From assembly GCA_951406725.2 (NCBI GenBank), contig OX597833.1, positions 27,714,001-27,778,000 of the forward strand: 64,000 nucleotides of DNA, in the 5' to 3' direction. The notes beneath the pieces are model-generated. The model searched no databases, was not told the DNA's origin, and worked only from the letters and a program-made list of their open reading frames with translations. Within the stretch, counting starts at the first letter, position 1, and each line of letters starts with the position of its first letter. The stretch is from Octopus vulgaris (lineage: Eukaryota). Both the position numbers and the translations under genes were made by a program. Below are positions 27,730-47,798 of this stretch, in pieces.

Positions 27730-28260
27730 GTCCTGATGCAGTACCAAGCAGTGGCTCTCATGGCTTCTGATCTTAACTGATTGGAAGTGTTATCGTGTAC
27801 ATTGTTTTGTCTTGGTATGAAAGATGGGCAACAGCAAATATTCTGTTGAATACTACAGATTTACTTGTCAGTTTCTTGACCTTAACCAGTTGAGCATGTC
27901 ACTTAGTGGCTGACGATATGTGCATCTCTGGTTACGATCAGAAGTGGTAGGGGAGCATTGAGAGGAATTCTTTGGGGTTTGAATAATTGATGTCTGGAAA
28001 CATTCAACATCCTTAAAGAATCCTTATTCAGGGACATTTTGAGTGGGATGGGCTACTTGACCAGAAGAAAATTCTAACTGGGTCCCACCTGCAAGTTTCT
28101 GCGCTGTTTATCTTGATATGAGATCACCATGTCGCACACATATGGTTGTAATGCATGTGGCGTGTGTACCTTTATCAGACGGGTAGTCATGATGGATATA
28201 CCGGGCTTTGTATATTTTACCCCAGTGTCACTTTGATGGCATTCACTGCTCCCTCACTCA
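27730..28260. repeat. Probable interspersed repeat of unclear class, between (CAA/TAA)n and (GAA)n
   Basis: Discrete ~530-bp complex-sequence block bounded by trinucleotide tracts. No coding motif recognised. Confidence 0.35.
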
Positions 28261-28523
28261 AGAAGAAGACGAAGAAGAAGACGAAGAAGAAGAAGAAGAA
28301 GAAGAAGAAGAAGAAGACGAAGAAGAAGAAGAAGAAGGAGGAGGAGGAGGAAGAAGAAGAAGAAGAAGAAGAAGAAGAAGAAGAAGAAGAAGAAGAAGAA
28401 GAAGAAGAAGAAGAAGAAGAAGAAGAAGAAGAAGAAGAAGAAGAAGAAGAAGAAGAAGAAGAAGAAGAAGAAGAAGAAGAAGAAGAAGAAGAAGAAGAAG
28501 AAGAAGAAGAAGAAGAAGAAGAA
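28260..28523. repeat. (GAA)n microsatellite
   Basis: Seen directly. Confidence 0.95.
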
Positions 28524-28729
28524 ACGAAATTAACTACAAGCGAAGCTCCAACAAGATCAAGGAACACAAAAACAACGATAGCAAAAACAAGAGCAACATA
28601 TCAAGCAGTAACTTAAAAGTTGGGTCAGAAAAGACATGTATGAGATGGTTTGGCAAGACTGATATTATCACGGCAACAGAATGTGTGATGGGAAGTGAGA
28701 TTGGTATATGAGGGGAGCTATTGATGTCA

Positions 28730-35440
<6,711 letters not shown>

Positions 35441-36164
35441 TCACCCATTTGTGTGGGAGTGGAGTAACTTTGTGTATCTGCGTGTAATATCATTGATATG
35501 AGATGGGTCTTACTTTTTTTTTCTCTCTTTTTCCTGAGACACTACTACACTTTGTATTAGGATGTCAAATTGAAGATCTGACAGAATACACTTACAGGAA
35601 ATAGCAACGTAAGCCAATCGGCTCTACATACTTTGAGAGATAAAATTTTAACCGGCGCGAAATAAAGCTGCCTCGCACTCGTAAGAAAGTTCACTTTAGA
35701 AAATAATATGGAAGTATGGGGGGACGATTTGTTCTACCAAACCATTGAAGCCAGTGCCTCAGCATTGTCACAGTGCAATGGTTAAAGCAAGTAGACTATA
35801 AACGATAAAACTTAAAGACAAGCCAGTAGATATCATACAGCTAACCTAGCATCATGCTCCACGACTAAAATGACAATAGGGTATTAAAAGTGGACAAAGC
35901 AGTATCAACTGTCTACAACAGTGATTCTCAACTGGGGACCAAAAAAGATTTTGCTGTTGAAATTTATCTGCAATAAATTGGTTATACTTCTACAACACAA
36001 AAAATATTTTAACAACTTTTTTACACAACTCCTAATAATATTTAATTATAAAAATATGATTATATATCTATCTATATATATATATTATACTTTATATATA
36101 AAATATATGATTATATTTTTATATCTATAATAATATTTAATTATAATATTATTTCTATATTTAT

Positions 36165-36197
<33 letters not shown>

Positions 36198-36237
36198 GTG
36201 TGTGTGTGATTATATATGTATATAAATATATATAATA

Positions 36238-36670
<433 letters not shown>

Positions 36671-37383
36671 ACATATTAAAAAACATCGAATGGGTAGAAT
36701 GTTTCATCCAAGGGATCCATAAGTAAAAAGAGACAGAGAAACATTGGTCTATAATGTTGTATAGAATTGAGCTGAAAAGGTATGAAATTATGCTGGCCAA
36801 GCATTGAGTTAAAACAGTGAGGCAGTTACGGAACGTATCAATTAACACATTGTAATTAATATATGCGGAATGATGCACACTCAATAATACACGCGGAATG
36901 ATAAACGCAGAATGTTACACACGGAATGATACACAACTCCTGTAAATACAATGACAAATTACCGACAAAGATAGACAGAAGCATGGTTAAGAAATTAGCA
37001 ATTCTAGAAGTTTTAAATATCGTTAGAGGTTCTTTCACACAGCATTTGTTAACTTCCAGACAGAAAAATTAAACAAATATTTGTGTAGATAAAGGATTAA
37101 ACTAAAACAGAATCAAACCAAACACAGACTTACAACGACTAAAGAATTAATGAAAGAAAAGTTTAGGAAAGAATATTATAGACGCGTTAATACCTAAAAC
37201 AATAAGGCGGCTACAATAACGTAATTTTCAATAAGTATATTCTTAAATGGCTTAACTAGAAGCTGAATAAATTAACAATTACGGACAAGACGATAATAAT
37301 AATGACTACACACACACACATGTATGTACACGTATGATGGCGCAAACAGGTAAAGTAGAACTCAAAATAGAACTCTCGGACCT

Positions 37384-37450
<67 letters not shown>

Positions 37451-37459
37451 GGATGGATG

Positions 37460-37492
<33 letters not shown>

Positions 37493-37493
37493 C

Positions 37494-37586
<93 letters not shown>

Positions 37587-37782
37587 GTGTGTATTTTCCC
37601 CTTGTTAACAATTAACACGGAAAAAATAGATAAATAGTTACCAGGGTAGCAAAAAATCACACAAGTAAAGAGATTGTAATTCCTTGTTTTTAAAGGTAGA
37701 ACCTTCGGGTTTATTTGAAATTTTTTGTATAATATATAAATAAATAAATGGAGTTTAACGCAGGTGTAATTCAAATACTTTT

Positions 37783-37871
37783 ACTTCCGACACATGTTTC
37801 GAAGATATCACTGATATTATTCCAAAGGAATAAAATGGTGTGAAACAATGTAATCTTCTCTTCAGAGAAGT
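37783..37871 (-). ncRNA. Type I hammerhead ribozyme motif
   Basis: ACTTCT-CTGAAGA-GAAGAT..long hairpin..ATCTTC-GAAA-CATGTG-TC^-GGAAGT. 6-bp stem I (one G.U), G-C closed stem II, GUC site. Confidence 0.9.
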
Positions 37872-38164
37872 GAAGAAATGAAACTCGTCAATAAGACATT
37901 TTAACAGAAAATGATGGATATGTATAGTGATTAACTGAACGCTATTAATATTGTTTGAAAAAACGTTATATGATATAACGTCAGAGGTAGCCTATAGAAA
38001 GAGGAGGTATAAATAAAAGAAAAGTTAAATAAATGAGAAGTATATGACTATATGTATATTAAATAAAACCTTATAAACAAGGAAAATATATATTTTTAGT
38101 GAATGTGAAATATAAAAAGAAAATTAATGTTTAAATTATATATAATGATAGAGATTACTAAAGG

Positions 38165-38530
38165 TGTGTTTTTGCCAATGTTTACATCGGTATGCACGCT
38201 ATATAACCGTGTTTACTAGGCTATTTTTAGAAAAAATAATGAAAAATAGTTCAGAATTACAGAGAAGACAGAATTCCTTGCCTTTGTCATAAGGTATTGA
38301 GACTGAGAGAATCATTCTAAAATAAACTGTTTATTGTGGTCTTTTAGATCCCAAATTAATTTACTGAGCCCTGTACTGTTACGTTTATTCCTATCCCTAA
38401 ATGTCGAGTAATGGTTAGACATTCTTTTAGATAACTGTAAAGACGTGCTTCCAATGTAAAATTGTACTTCATTATGAGTAATAATTTTACACTGGTATAT
38501 AGAATTTTTTATTTTAGAGTTACTTGACAT
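38165..38530 (-). pseudogene. Penelope-type GIY-YIG endonuclease remnant
   Basis: IY..(10)..YIG, R..NH..F, STGLS..IW.LK, CxLCxxE and CKH motifs, with a stop and frameshift. Confidence 0.82.
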
Positions 38531-38774
38531 AAACTTGATTCTGTTGGAATTGACTTCAGATACAATAATCTTGTTATTAATATTTCTAGAGGGATGGATG
38601 ATATTAGCTAAATTAATGTTAGTATTAGTAAATGTATTAATATTTAACAGTTTGTTATTATGTGAAGAGATAATTTGTAAGAGATTTTTTGTGTCGAAAA
38701 AACCAATCCTAACTGTATGTGAGTTGGTAATCGAGTCCGTGGTCCCAGCCTTGGATGAACCTTAAAACTAATGT

Positions 38775-39250
38775 TCAGGTCGTTTGGGCAATGCTGGCTG
38801 GTGATTCAATTTTCGAGATGTTTTGTTTTGTATGGGGTGACCACAAGGGGCAGTAGTATTCGAGGAATGACCGTACAAAGGAGGAGAAAAGTCTAATGAT
38901 GACACCTTGTTCTCTGGACCTACGAGCTATATCGACCTTATTGTTGATGTGGGCACTCCAGCTGAGATTGTTATCAACAATTTCTCTTAGGTCTCTGATC
39001 TTATTAGATGCTGTGAGCGGTTCAATTGAAGGAAGAGCGTATAACTGTTTTAGTATAGACTTTCTTCCAAATATTACCTCGTTTAGTTGCATTTTGTTTT
39101 TGTCTGCCCATTGACTCACAGCATATAGATCAGACTGGAGTTGAGTTCGGTCTTCTTCTTCATTGATGATTTTCTGGAGCTTAGTGTCATCAGCAAATAT
39201 TTTCATTTTGCAGTGATCTACGACGCTGGAAAGGTCGTTTATGTAAATTA
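38775..39250 (-). mobile_element. CR1-group LINE RT fragment
   Basis: YINDL..KIFADDTKL..LQSDL..WA..NKMQLN..SFVRSFLEYYCPLWSP. Same family as 14300-15250. Confidence 0.85.
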
Positions 39251-39284
<34 letters not shown>

Positions 39285-39299
39285 TGTGTGTGTATAAGA

Positions 39300-40850
39300 A
39301 GTAAAAAGGATTAATAAATTCAGGCAGATATCTATAAAGCATTTAGTGTTGAACGCATTTGGTAAACTATATCCAGCGATCAGATATCATTAAATGCAAA
39401 TAGAATAAACATCTAAGGGAATTCTTCAAATATGACAAGCAAATCCAAATATCGTTTAGAAGAATTTCAAGAAATTCGGAGCATATAACAAGAATAAGAA
39501 TGGAGAAAAATCACATCTTTACTTGGTGATTACACCATGCAATACTGACGATCGTTTCTGTTATGCCAACACAGCAAAAGGTATAAAATAGTAGTGAAAT
39601 TAATATATCCGAAAATATATGCTAACACAACGTTATCAAGGCAATTCAAAATTGCTTAAATTCAAAGTGAACTAAGAAAACATTTCTAATAAACGAATGC
39701 ATACATAAAGAACGTTAAGAAATATAATATTATAATGAAAGCCTGTTTAGTATTTAACTTTTGATTACATAAATGATTGTCGGTATTGTTGTGCTTTAAG
39801 AAAAATATAGTTTATTAGTGTAACATAATAACAGGGAATCGTAAGTATTATTACATTGCTACAATTTGGAAATTTAGATTTCATAATCATTCTCATTCGT
39901 TTGAGTATAGAAGAAAAGATAATTCTACAAATCTTAGTGAATGCATTTGGGATTTAAAAGATAGGAATATCAAATATGATATAAAGTGATCCATTATTGG
40001 TTACTCACCATTGTACAATATTGGTCATTCTACATGTGATCTATGCTTTGAAGAAATCTATTATATAATTACTTCTAAATTAATTTCATTGAGTTTTAAT
40101 GGGAGTTTTACAATGAAGTGTTGCCATAAATTTCGCAAGACATTTAAGTATTCCCATTATTAACTACAATTGCTTTTCATATATTTTATAAAAATAATTT
40201 TTCTAAAACAGTTTACTATATTTGATAAATAGATAACTAATTGTCGTAACTGAAAATCTCTATATTTCTAATTGTCATAACGCATAATTCTTACGTTTAC
40301 TTTTCGTTCTTTGGTTATCCAGTGACGTCATTAATAGTAGAATGTAAACATAGCCTTTCTTAAATTATATTTCTCTATTTTTCTAGAATTCTTATGCTTA
40401 TTTTTTATTCTTTCGTTATCCACTGATGTCATCAATAGTTGAGTACAGAAATTTCTTAGATTATATGTCTTCCTAGCGTTTGTTTTGTAGGTGTTCGTGT
40501 ACTGGAAATATTTCCTTTGTTCACTTTGAATTTGACTAATTTTGGATCACCTTGAAAACGTTGTGTTTGCATGTATTTTCGGAAATATTAATTTCATTGA
40601 TATTTTCTATATCTATGTACAATTCTCAGATGAATTCTACATTTAAAGATGTGATTTTTCCTATATGTATGTTTGTTCTGAAATACTCTGAATTTCTGGA
40701 AATTCTTCTAAATGGCACTAGGATCTACTTGTTATACACGAGGAAATGCCTTGTATGTGTATTCTGCTTACATTTATTGGTGTCTGATTGTTGGATACAA
40801 TTAAACAAATTCGTTTAAAACTAGATGTTTTATTGATATCTGCCTGGCTG
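39300..40850 (+). mobile_element. Old Penelope-like element: inverted terminal segment, GIY-YIG remnant, terminal segment
   Basis: 39320-39640 is a diverged inverted copy of 40550-40847, flanking an endonuclease remnant. Related copy at 56320-56775. Confidence 0.72.
39801..40163 (+). pseudogene. Penelope-type GIY-YIG endonuclease remnant (not in the ORF track)
   Basis: Manual translation KNIVY*CNII..YYYIA..RFHNHSHSF..NSTNLSECIWDLKDRN..K*SII..TCDLCFEE..KCCHKF. Confidence 0.78.
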
Positions 40851-40885
40851 TTTTAGTCCCTTTTTCCTTCTAACCACACACACAC

Positions 40886-40921
<36 letters not shown>

Positions 40922-41429
40922 CCATTGATCATGGAAAATTAAATGCCTTTGGAACAAAATGTGAGACTCTTTGCTTTGTCACTTATTGGTTCTATTTCTT
41001 GACTTTTGGTTTTAATTGTCCTTTACTTTTTTGCTATTGACTTCTCTGTTCAGTTAAACTCACAACCGTGGTGATGTAGTTGAATTGGAAATTCCCATCG
41101 ACAGTATAACCTTTATTTCATTAGATAAGTTACGTTGAGCATAGCTCTTTGCACAACTATTGCATCATGAGCTAAGAAACATATGTAGCATGCATGAGCT
41201 AAGAAACATATGTAGCATGCATTGTACCTGTTCCACTGCCTCAATTTGGATATTCGCATTTGTAGCAACTCTAGTCGCTAACTGTCAGCTTATCGAATTG
41301 GAAAAACTTCAGTATTGGAAAAAGCGTGTAACTCTCGATGACAATACTGTCCATTTTTTGTTCTCTATACCTACCATTCACTACCTGAAGCTTACCAACT
41401 TCTTACAATGGGATCCTCGTGTATGTACG

Positions 41430-41461
<32 letters not shown>

Positions 41462-41462
41462 A

Positions 41463-41569
<107 letters not shown>

Positions 41570-41572
41570 GCC

Positions 41573-42050
<478 letters not shown>

Positions 42051-42065
42051 TATGTATGTTCGTAT

Positions 42066-42392
42066 GGAGGCGCGTAGCTTAGTGGTTAGGGTACTTGGCT
42101 CGCGATCGTAAGGTGATGAGTTCGATTCCCAACAGCGCGTTGTGTGCTTTAGCAAAACACTTTATTTCGCGTTGCTCAAGTCCACACAGCTGGCAAAAAT
42201 TAGTAGTATCTGTATTTCAAAGGGGCCATCCATGGCACATTCTGTGTTACACTGATCTCCCTGAGAACTACGTGAAGAGTACGTAGGTCTGTGAGTATTC
42301 AGCCACTTGTATATTCATTTCATGAGCAGGCAGTTCCGTTGATCGGATCAACCGGAACCCTCACCGTAGTAACCAATGGAGTTCCAGTTAGT
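42066..42392 (+). mobile_element. tRNA-derived SINE family C
   Basis: tagcttagtggttag A box, gagttcgattccc B box, ttgtgt..agcaa.acactttatttc.cgttgctc core. Related copies at 55300-55590, 56110-56255 and 49140-49272 (-). Confidence 0.8.
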
Positions 42393-43934
42393 TTAGTTTA
42401 CAAATGAGACGAAAAGATAATTAAATATTTTATTAAAGTGTATGTATTTTATTATTTGTGAAGCTGAAAGCAGTTTAAAAGATATAACCTTAACCTGAAT
42501 TTTTTTGCGAAACCCATTTCAGTTCTTCTTTATGGTTAGAATTAAAATCCTTTCGTATCACCATGAAGTCCTGGTACTGGTACATCCAGCTTCTTACATG
42601 CTTTTATTCGAGGTCACTGTGTTTTCTTAGACCCCACCCACCCCAACCACCAGTAGCTTTTCTTAGTTCCCCATCCTTATCTAGCCTTCATTTCTTTCCC
42701 TTCGCCACAAGAAGTTAAGAAGATACTGCTGTTACTGCTCATAGACTTTAACTAGTCAAGACTGAAGGAAGAGGCTTTGCATCATTGACCTATTAGCGGA
42801 TTAAGGACGAGTTGATATCATTTAGTAGCACTCAAATCATTTTACCGTTCAGCAACTAGAATTTCTTCTCTGAACTACCAGTTTCATTTACCTTCCCCTA
42901 CTCCCTCAATGGGGGTCAAATTCCTTGATAGTCATGCAGACTTCGAGGTCATTAGAACTTGGACGTTGATACAGATCCTAGACGACTAGATCTTTTGCTA
43001 ATCATCTCTATACTCCCCATATAACCGTATTGTTGCACAAAGATGTTGAAAAGCCAAAAGTTAACGTCTTAATATCTCTGACTGCAATTCTGTTCTTGAG
43101 ACATACATCTGTGTACAGACGTGTTTCATAACAGCTCTTTCCCTCTGAGTCCTCATCTCATCCCAGTTTTAAAAACTAGACAGACACTTTCATATGCTCT
43201 TTTCCCATTCATTAAGCATACGTCCAGTCACACATCTGCTCGATCTCCTTCAACTCGTCCTTCCGAGGTCTATATATATAAACCACTTCTGTTTTTGAAA
43301 AACAAGTAGGCTTCATTCTTCCTCGCTCTTTCCTAGATATATTCGTCAGGCAAGTAGGAACTGCCTCTTACTCCACATCTTGTCATTTGCTTTTCGTTTT
43401 TCTTCAAATGGATTAAGTTGAATTACTTTTTGTGCTCCACTACGTCATCAAGTGGTGAAAGGTAACTGTTGTTATTGATATTATCATTTCTGCTTGTAGT
43501 CTTTTCGTTCAACTTGTTTCTGATGTTATTAGTTTTTAACTCTTCTTTTGTACAAATGTAACTGTCTAGGTGGTTTTCGTTTTGTGTTATAGTTTTTTTC
43601 TTTTTCGTATGAAAGTAATTTGGGGATGTGCATTTCTTCTTACCATTACAAGACAGCCATTACATACCATATATATATAATTAAAATGAGGGTGAAAAAT
43701 TGGATATTAATTTGATAACATCAATTTTAACACTAGTGGTCTAGCATATAAAAAACTGAGGTTCAGTAAATAGTATTACATACATATATGAGGGAATTTA
43801 CCACTATGTGGAAATCCTTATGCTAGAAGAAGATCCGCTGTGGTCTTACCACGAAGAATTGTTCTCTAGAAGATTTAGCAAGCACCAGAAACGTAAGCGA
43901 GCAAGACAAATGAAAAGTAACAAAAATATAGATT

Positions 43935-44013
43935 AATCATAAACAAATGTTTCGTTATCAACGAATTACGTAATTTTACTTATAAAATTTATCTGTAGAT
44001 CTTCAGTATGATC
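43935..44013 (-). ncRNA. Type I hammerhead ribozyme motif (left arm)
   Basis: GATCATA-CTGAAGA-long stem II-GAAA-CATTTG-TT^-TATGATT. Confidence 0.78.
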
Positions 44014-44223
44014 GTCCATACAAATATTATTTACAGAACTACATACCAGACATCGACACGAGGTCGAATATGCATGCAGTTCTACCTATTACATTTGTGG
44101 TTATTTTTCAAAAGTCTTCGTTTTGGCGCGCATGCATATTCGACCTCGTGTTGATGTCTGGTGTGTAGTTCTGCAAATTATATTTGTATGGTGTGTAGTC
44201 CTGCAAATAATATTTGTATGGAC

Positions 44224-44302
44224 GATCATACTGAAGATCTACAGATAAATTATGTAAGTAAAATTACGTAATTTGTTGATAGCGAAACATTTGTTTATGA
44301 TT
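44224..44302 (+). ncRNA. Type I hammerhead ribozyme motif (right arm)
   Basis: GATCATA-CTGAAGA-tCTAcagatAAATTATGTAA..TTACGTAATTTgttgaTAGc-GAAA-CATTTG-TT^-TATGATT. 7-bp stem I, GUU site, T.C mismatch at the base of stem II. Confidence 0.8.
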
Positions 44303-46139
44303 AATCTATATTTTTGTTACTTTCCATTTGTCTTGCTCGCTTACGTTTCTGGTGTTTGCTAAATCTTCTAGAGAACAATTCTTAGTGGACGTAAAGACGG
44401 ACGAAATGCTGTTAAGAATTTTGTCCGGCGTCCTAAAGTTTCTGCTAGCTCGCCGCCTAAGGCCACTTGTATCAGAGAATCATTAGCATTTTAAAATATC
44501 TGAAAATGAACGTTTCCTCTACGCTAGACAAAGAGGCAGACGTTCAAGTATTCCGAATCTTTTATTAGTAGAAAGAATACTCCGATTTTTTCTCACAAGG
44601 TAACTCTGCAAGAAAATATCTTCGAGCTGCAGCTTTGCGAAACGTGACCATTCACAGAGAACAGTAAGCAACAATAACAACATTAAATAAAGAAATACAA
44701 TGTAGTCGAGTCGAGAAACGTCAAATTGACACACAGAATGAAGCTATAATATTCTAAAATATCCATTAACAAATAACTGTTTAATTCGCGTCAAGAATGA
44801 TTCGCTGCCATCATTATTAGTTCATCATTTCGTCCCTTTCTACTTGTTCTTCATATCTTTAATAACGTGTCTCTTTTTCACTCTAAATGCTAATTAAAAA
44901 TGGAGTGATAGGCGAACGAAACACGAGATTAATTACTTAATTACTTTCGTTAAAGCAAGTAGTGTCTGACAAGGAATGTTTTTCCTTAGTGATTAATCTT
45001 CTTCAAATATGAATTTAAAAATTTAGTGAAGCTGTGGGAATAGGAAGACGGAAAGAGGTTTGAACTGTTCAGCAATTTCCAATTTTTTTTGTGCTTTGTT
45101 TAATATTATCCACGTAGATCTAATTATTATTTTTTTTGTTTTGCTTTGCTTTGTTTTGTTTTTATCTGTTGCAGTAATTTATATCTCTTTACTTTTTAAG
45201 TTCAAATCCTCCTGAGGACGACATGTTTCCGCGCAAAGATTTGATAAAATAAAGTACCAGTTAAGTACTATGAGTTAATGAATTTTATCCGACCCACCAC
45301 ATCGAATTTTGTGTCTATATTAGAAATCATTGGTTGTTGTTGGTGTTGTTTAGTCCTAGGGGAACCCTGTTTAAGAATACCAGTGATCAAAGACATTCCA
45401 TCTGTATTCATCACGTCTATTTAAGGGGATATACGACTAGATTACCTATTGTGTTTTTCTTCCGCTATAACCGTACCTATGATCAAATACATTTCATCTG
45501 TGCCCATCACGTCTGTTCAAGAGGATCTACAACTAGGTCATTTATTGTGTTTCTTCTCCCCTCTTTAAGACGGACGGATTTGATTTGATAAAGAGCTGAC
45601 TGTTACGTCTAGCAGATCGAGTGACTGAGAAGAAGCAACGTTGTCATCGTCATCGTCGTCGTTGATGTTGTTACTTCTGCTGTTGCTACTGCTGCTTCTG
45701 TTGTTGTTGTTGTTGTTATCGTTACTAGTGCTGTTAAGGCAATAGATAGCAGAATCGATAAAATGCTTTAGTTAACGTTCTTCAACGTTTTGATGTCAGA
45801 TATTCCAGGTGATGTCATGGGGTCAATAAAACAAACTAATGTCGAAATATCTCGCTATTCCCCTCCCCAACAAAATGTATAACCTCATACATATGTTGGA
45901 AACCAATATTATTATCATTTTTAGAGAGATTGTTACACAACATCAGATCAAATGCAGCACTCGCAGAAATAGGTTAACTGCTGCTTTTGACTTCTGATCT
46001 TAAGTTCCACCGAGCTTAACTGTAACTTTCATCATTCTATCGATAAAATGAAGGACCAGTCAAGTATTGGAGATCGATATAATCATGTCTGCCGCCTCTT
46101 CTAAAATCATGTGATCATGTGCCTACAATATTGGTTTCA

Positions 46140-46572
46140 AATTTTGGCACAAGGCCTGCAGTTTCGGGGGAGTGGCATTAGTCGATTACATCGTCCTCAG
46201 TGCTCAACTGGTACTTATTTTATCAAGCCCCGAAAGGAGGAAAAGCAAAGTCGACCTCGGCGAACTCAGAACATATGGACGGGCGAAATGCCGCTCAGTG
46301 TTTTGCCCGGCGCAGTAATGATTCTGCCAGCTCGCCGCCTTCATTATAATTAATAATCTTGTCTACTAAAAGCACAGGGCCTGAAATTTTAGAGAAGTGG
46401 ACAAGTCGATTACATTGATCCCGGTGCTCAGCTGGTACTTATTTCATCGACCCCGAAAGGATGAAAGGCAAAGTCGACATAAGCGGAATTTGAACTTAGA
46501 ACATAAAGACGGAAGAAATGCCACAAAGCATCTCGCCCGGCGTGCTGACGATTCTGTCAGCTAGATGCCTTC
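46140..46572 (-). mobile_element. Two tandem SINE family A copies
   Basis: ctggtacttattt.atc..ccccgaaagga..aaag.caaagtcgac..cggcg..attctg.cagct twice. Confidence 0.8.
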
Positions 46573-46751
46573 ATTATAATTATTAATGAGGCAGCAAAGC
46601 GGTAAGGTTGTCAGAGCGCCACTTCAATTTCCTTGATATATCTGTTCCGGCCAAGGTTACATTTACATGTAATATTTTCGAGTTCTATTTTCGAGGCCTG
46701 CCTGCCTCCCTCCCCCCTCTCTCTCTCGCTCCCTCCCCCCTCTCTCTCTCG

Positions 46752-46786
<35 letters not shown>

Positions 46787-47081
46787 GCTCCCTCTCAGAA
46801 TCGGCTTCGTTGCTCTATATAAAAGGTCGAGGAGGCTCATTCACTGCTTTCTTTCTGCAGAACTGAAGAGTGACGCGAGTGGCTAATAACTTCTCATGTG
46901 GTTCTGTGAAAAAGACATTGGAATGCCTTCGATAAAAAAAATCTACTCAAATTTGGATGACAGAACTAAACAGCAACAACAACTCTGTGTTCTAATTGAC
47001 CCACTATCCAAATATTTAATTGTTTCATAAGACAATGGATACTGAATAAAAGCATTGATGTTAAGTGTAAAAAATCTAGAC

Positions 47082-47432
47082 CAGGAGTTTTCAGCCATTT
47101 TAAAAAAATCTATGGACCCCTTTGATTATTGCTTTATTCTGACAGATCCCCGTAGCCATTTGATGTTTTAAAAAACTAGTTTTATAGAAACTGCTTTCAA
47201 AATTCCTGTTTTGTTTTTCACATATTTAACTTGTGTAGGTAACTATGTAAAATATTAGAGAAAGAAACCCGGCTGTTTCTTGCAATACATACCAATATTG
47301 TACATCTAAAACAAATTTTTTCAGGGGCCCTTAATGTTCTATTGTGGGTCCACAATTTACTATTTTGTTGAGTGGACCCTCAACAATTTTATATGGACAC
47401 TCAGGGGCCATATGGAGCATGGTTGAGAACTA
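47082..47432. mobile_element. hAT-like MITE, decayed
   Basis: Imperfect TIRs caggagttttcagcca / tggttgagaactag and internal atggacccc motifs. Related fragment at 35919 (cagtgattctcaac). Confidence 0.55.
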
Positions 47433-47633
47433 GTATAGGTATGGGCGTGAGTTCGATCCCTAAGTCAGTCGGACAATATATAGTTTGGTTGAAGTGAACC
47501 GAGCTAGTAATATCACAAATAGGAGATTAATGAACAAGAGAATATCCTTGGTATAGTTAACGGATTGAAAACAGTCTATGGCCGTGGACTTAAGGGTTTC
47601 GATCTGAAATCCTGAAAACGTTTCTGAATACAG

Positions 47634-47667
47634 TAGTCACCCGAAGAAGGCTGAAATGTTGTGACTA
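47634..47667 (+). ncRNA. Degenerate minimal hammerhead motif
   Basis: TAGTCAC-CCGAAGA-aggct-GAAA-TG-TT-GTGACTA. Perfect 7-bp stem I, but core T>C and collapsed stems II and III. Confidence 0.45.
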
Positions 47668-47798
47668 TAATAACCAAGATGAGTTCGAATACATCAGAGT
47701 ATAATGATAATTCCCCGCATCAGAAATTTAGATAAAAAAATAACATTTACAAAGCATTGCATTTTTTATTCCTTATTATTTTAAAGCATGCTAGTACT

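Larger units (their letters stand above)
37590..38770 (-). mobile_element. 5'-truncated Penelope-like element (GIY-YIG remnant plus HHR-bearing 3' region)
   Basis: IYQCKI..FYIGST..KRMSNHYSTF..NSTGLSKLIWDLK, then in another frame FCLLCNSE..RCKH. HHR ~300 bp downstream. Ends at a (GATA)n tract. Confidence 0.82.
43680..44388. mobile_element. Foldback PLE-like element with one hammerhead per arm
   Basis: Inverted arms 43849-44077 / 44130-44388 (~90% identical by eye), 52-bp spacer, 30-bp duplication in the right arm. The left arm continues to a TA run at ~43670. Confidence 0.85.

Noticed and set aside
40308-40330. TCTTTGGTTATC, like the miR-9 5' end
   Set aside because: Only 12 nt match, there is no precursor hairpin, and it is part of a ~100-bp duplication within a PLE remnant.
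41166-41220. 27-bp perfect tandem duplication
   Set aside because: A simple local slippage duplication with no further structure.
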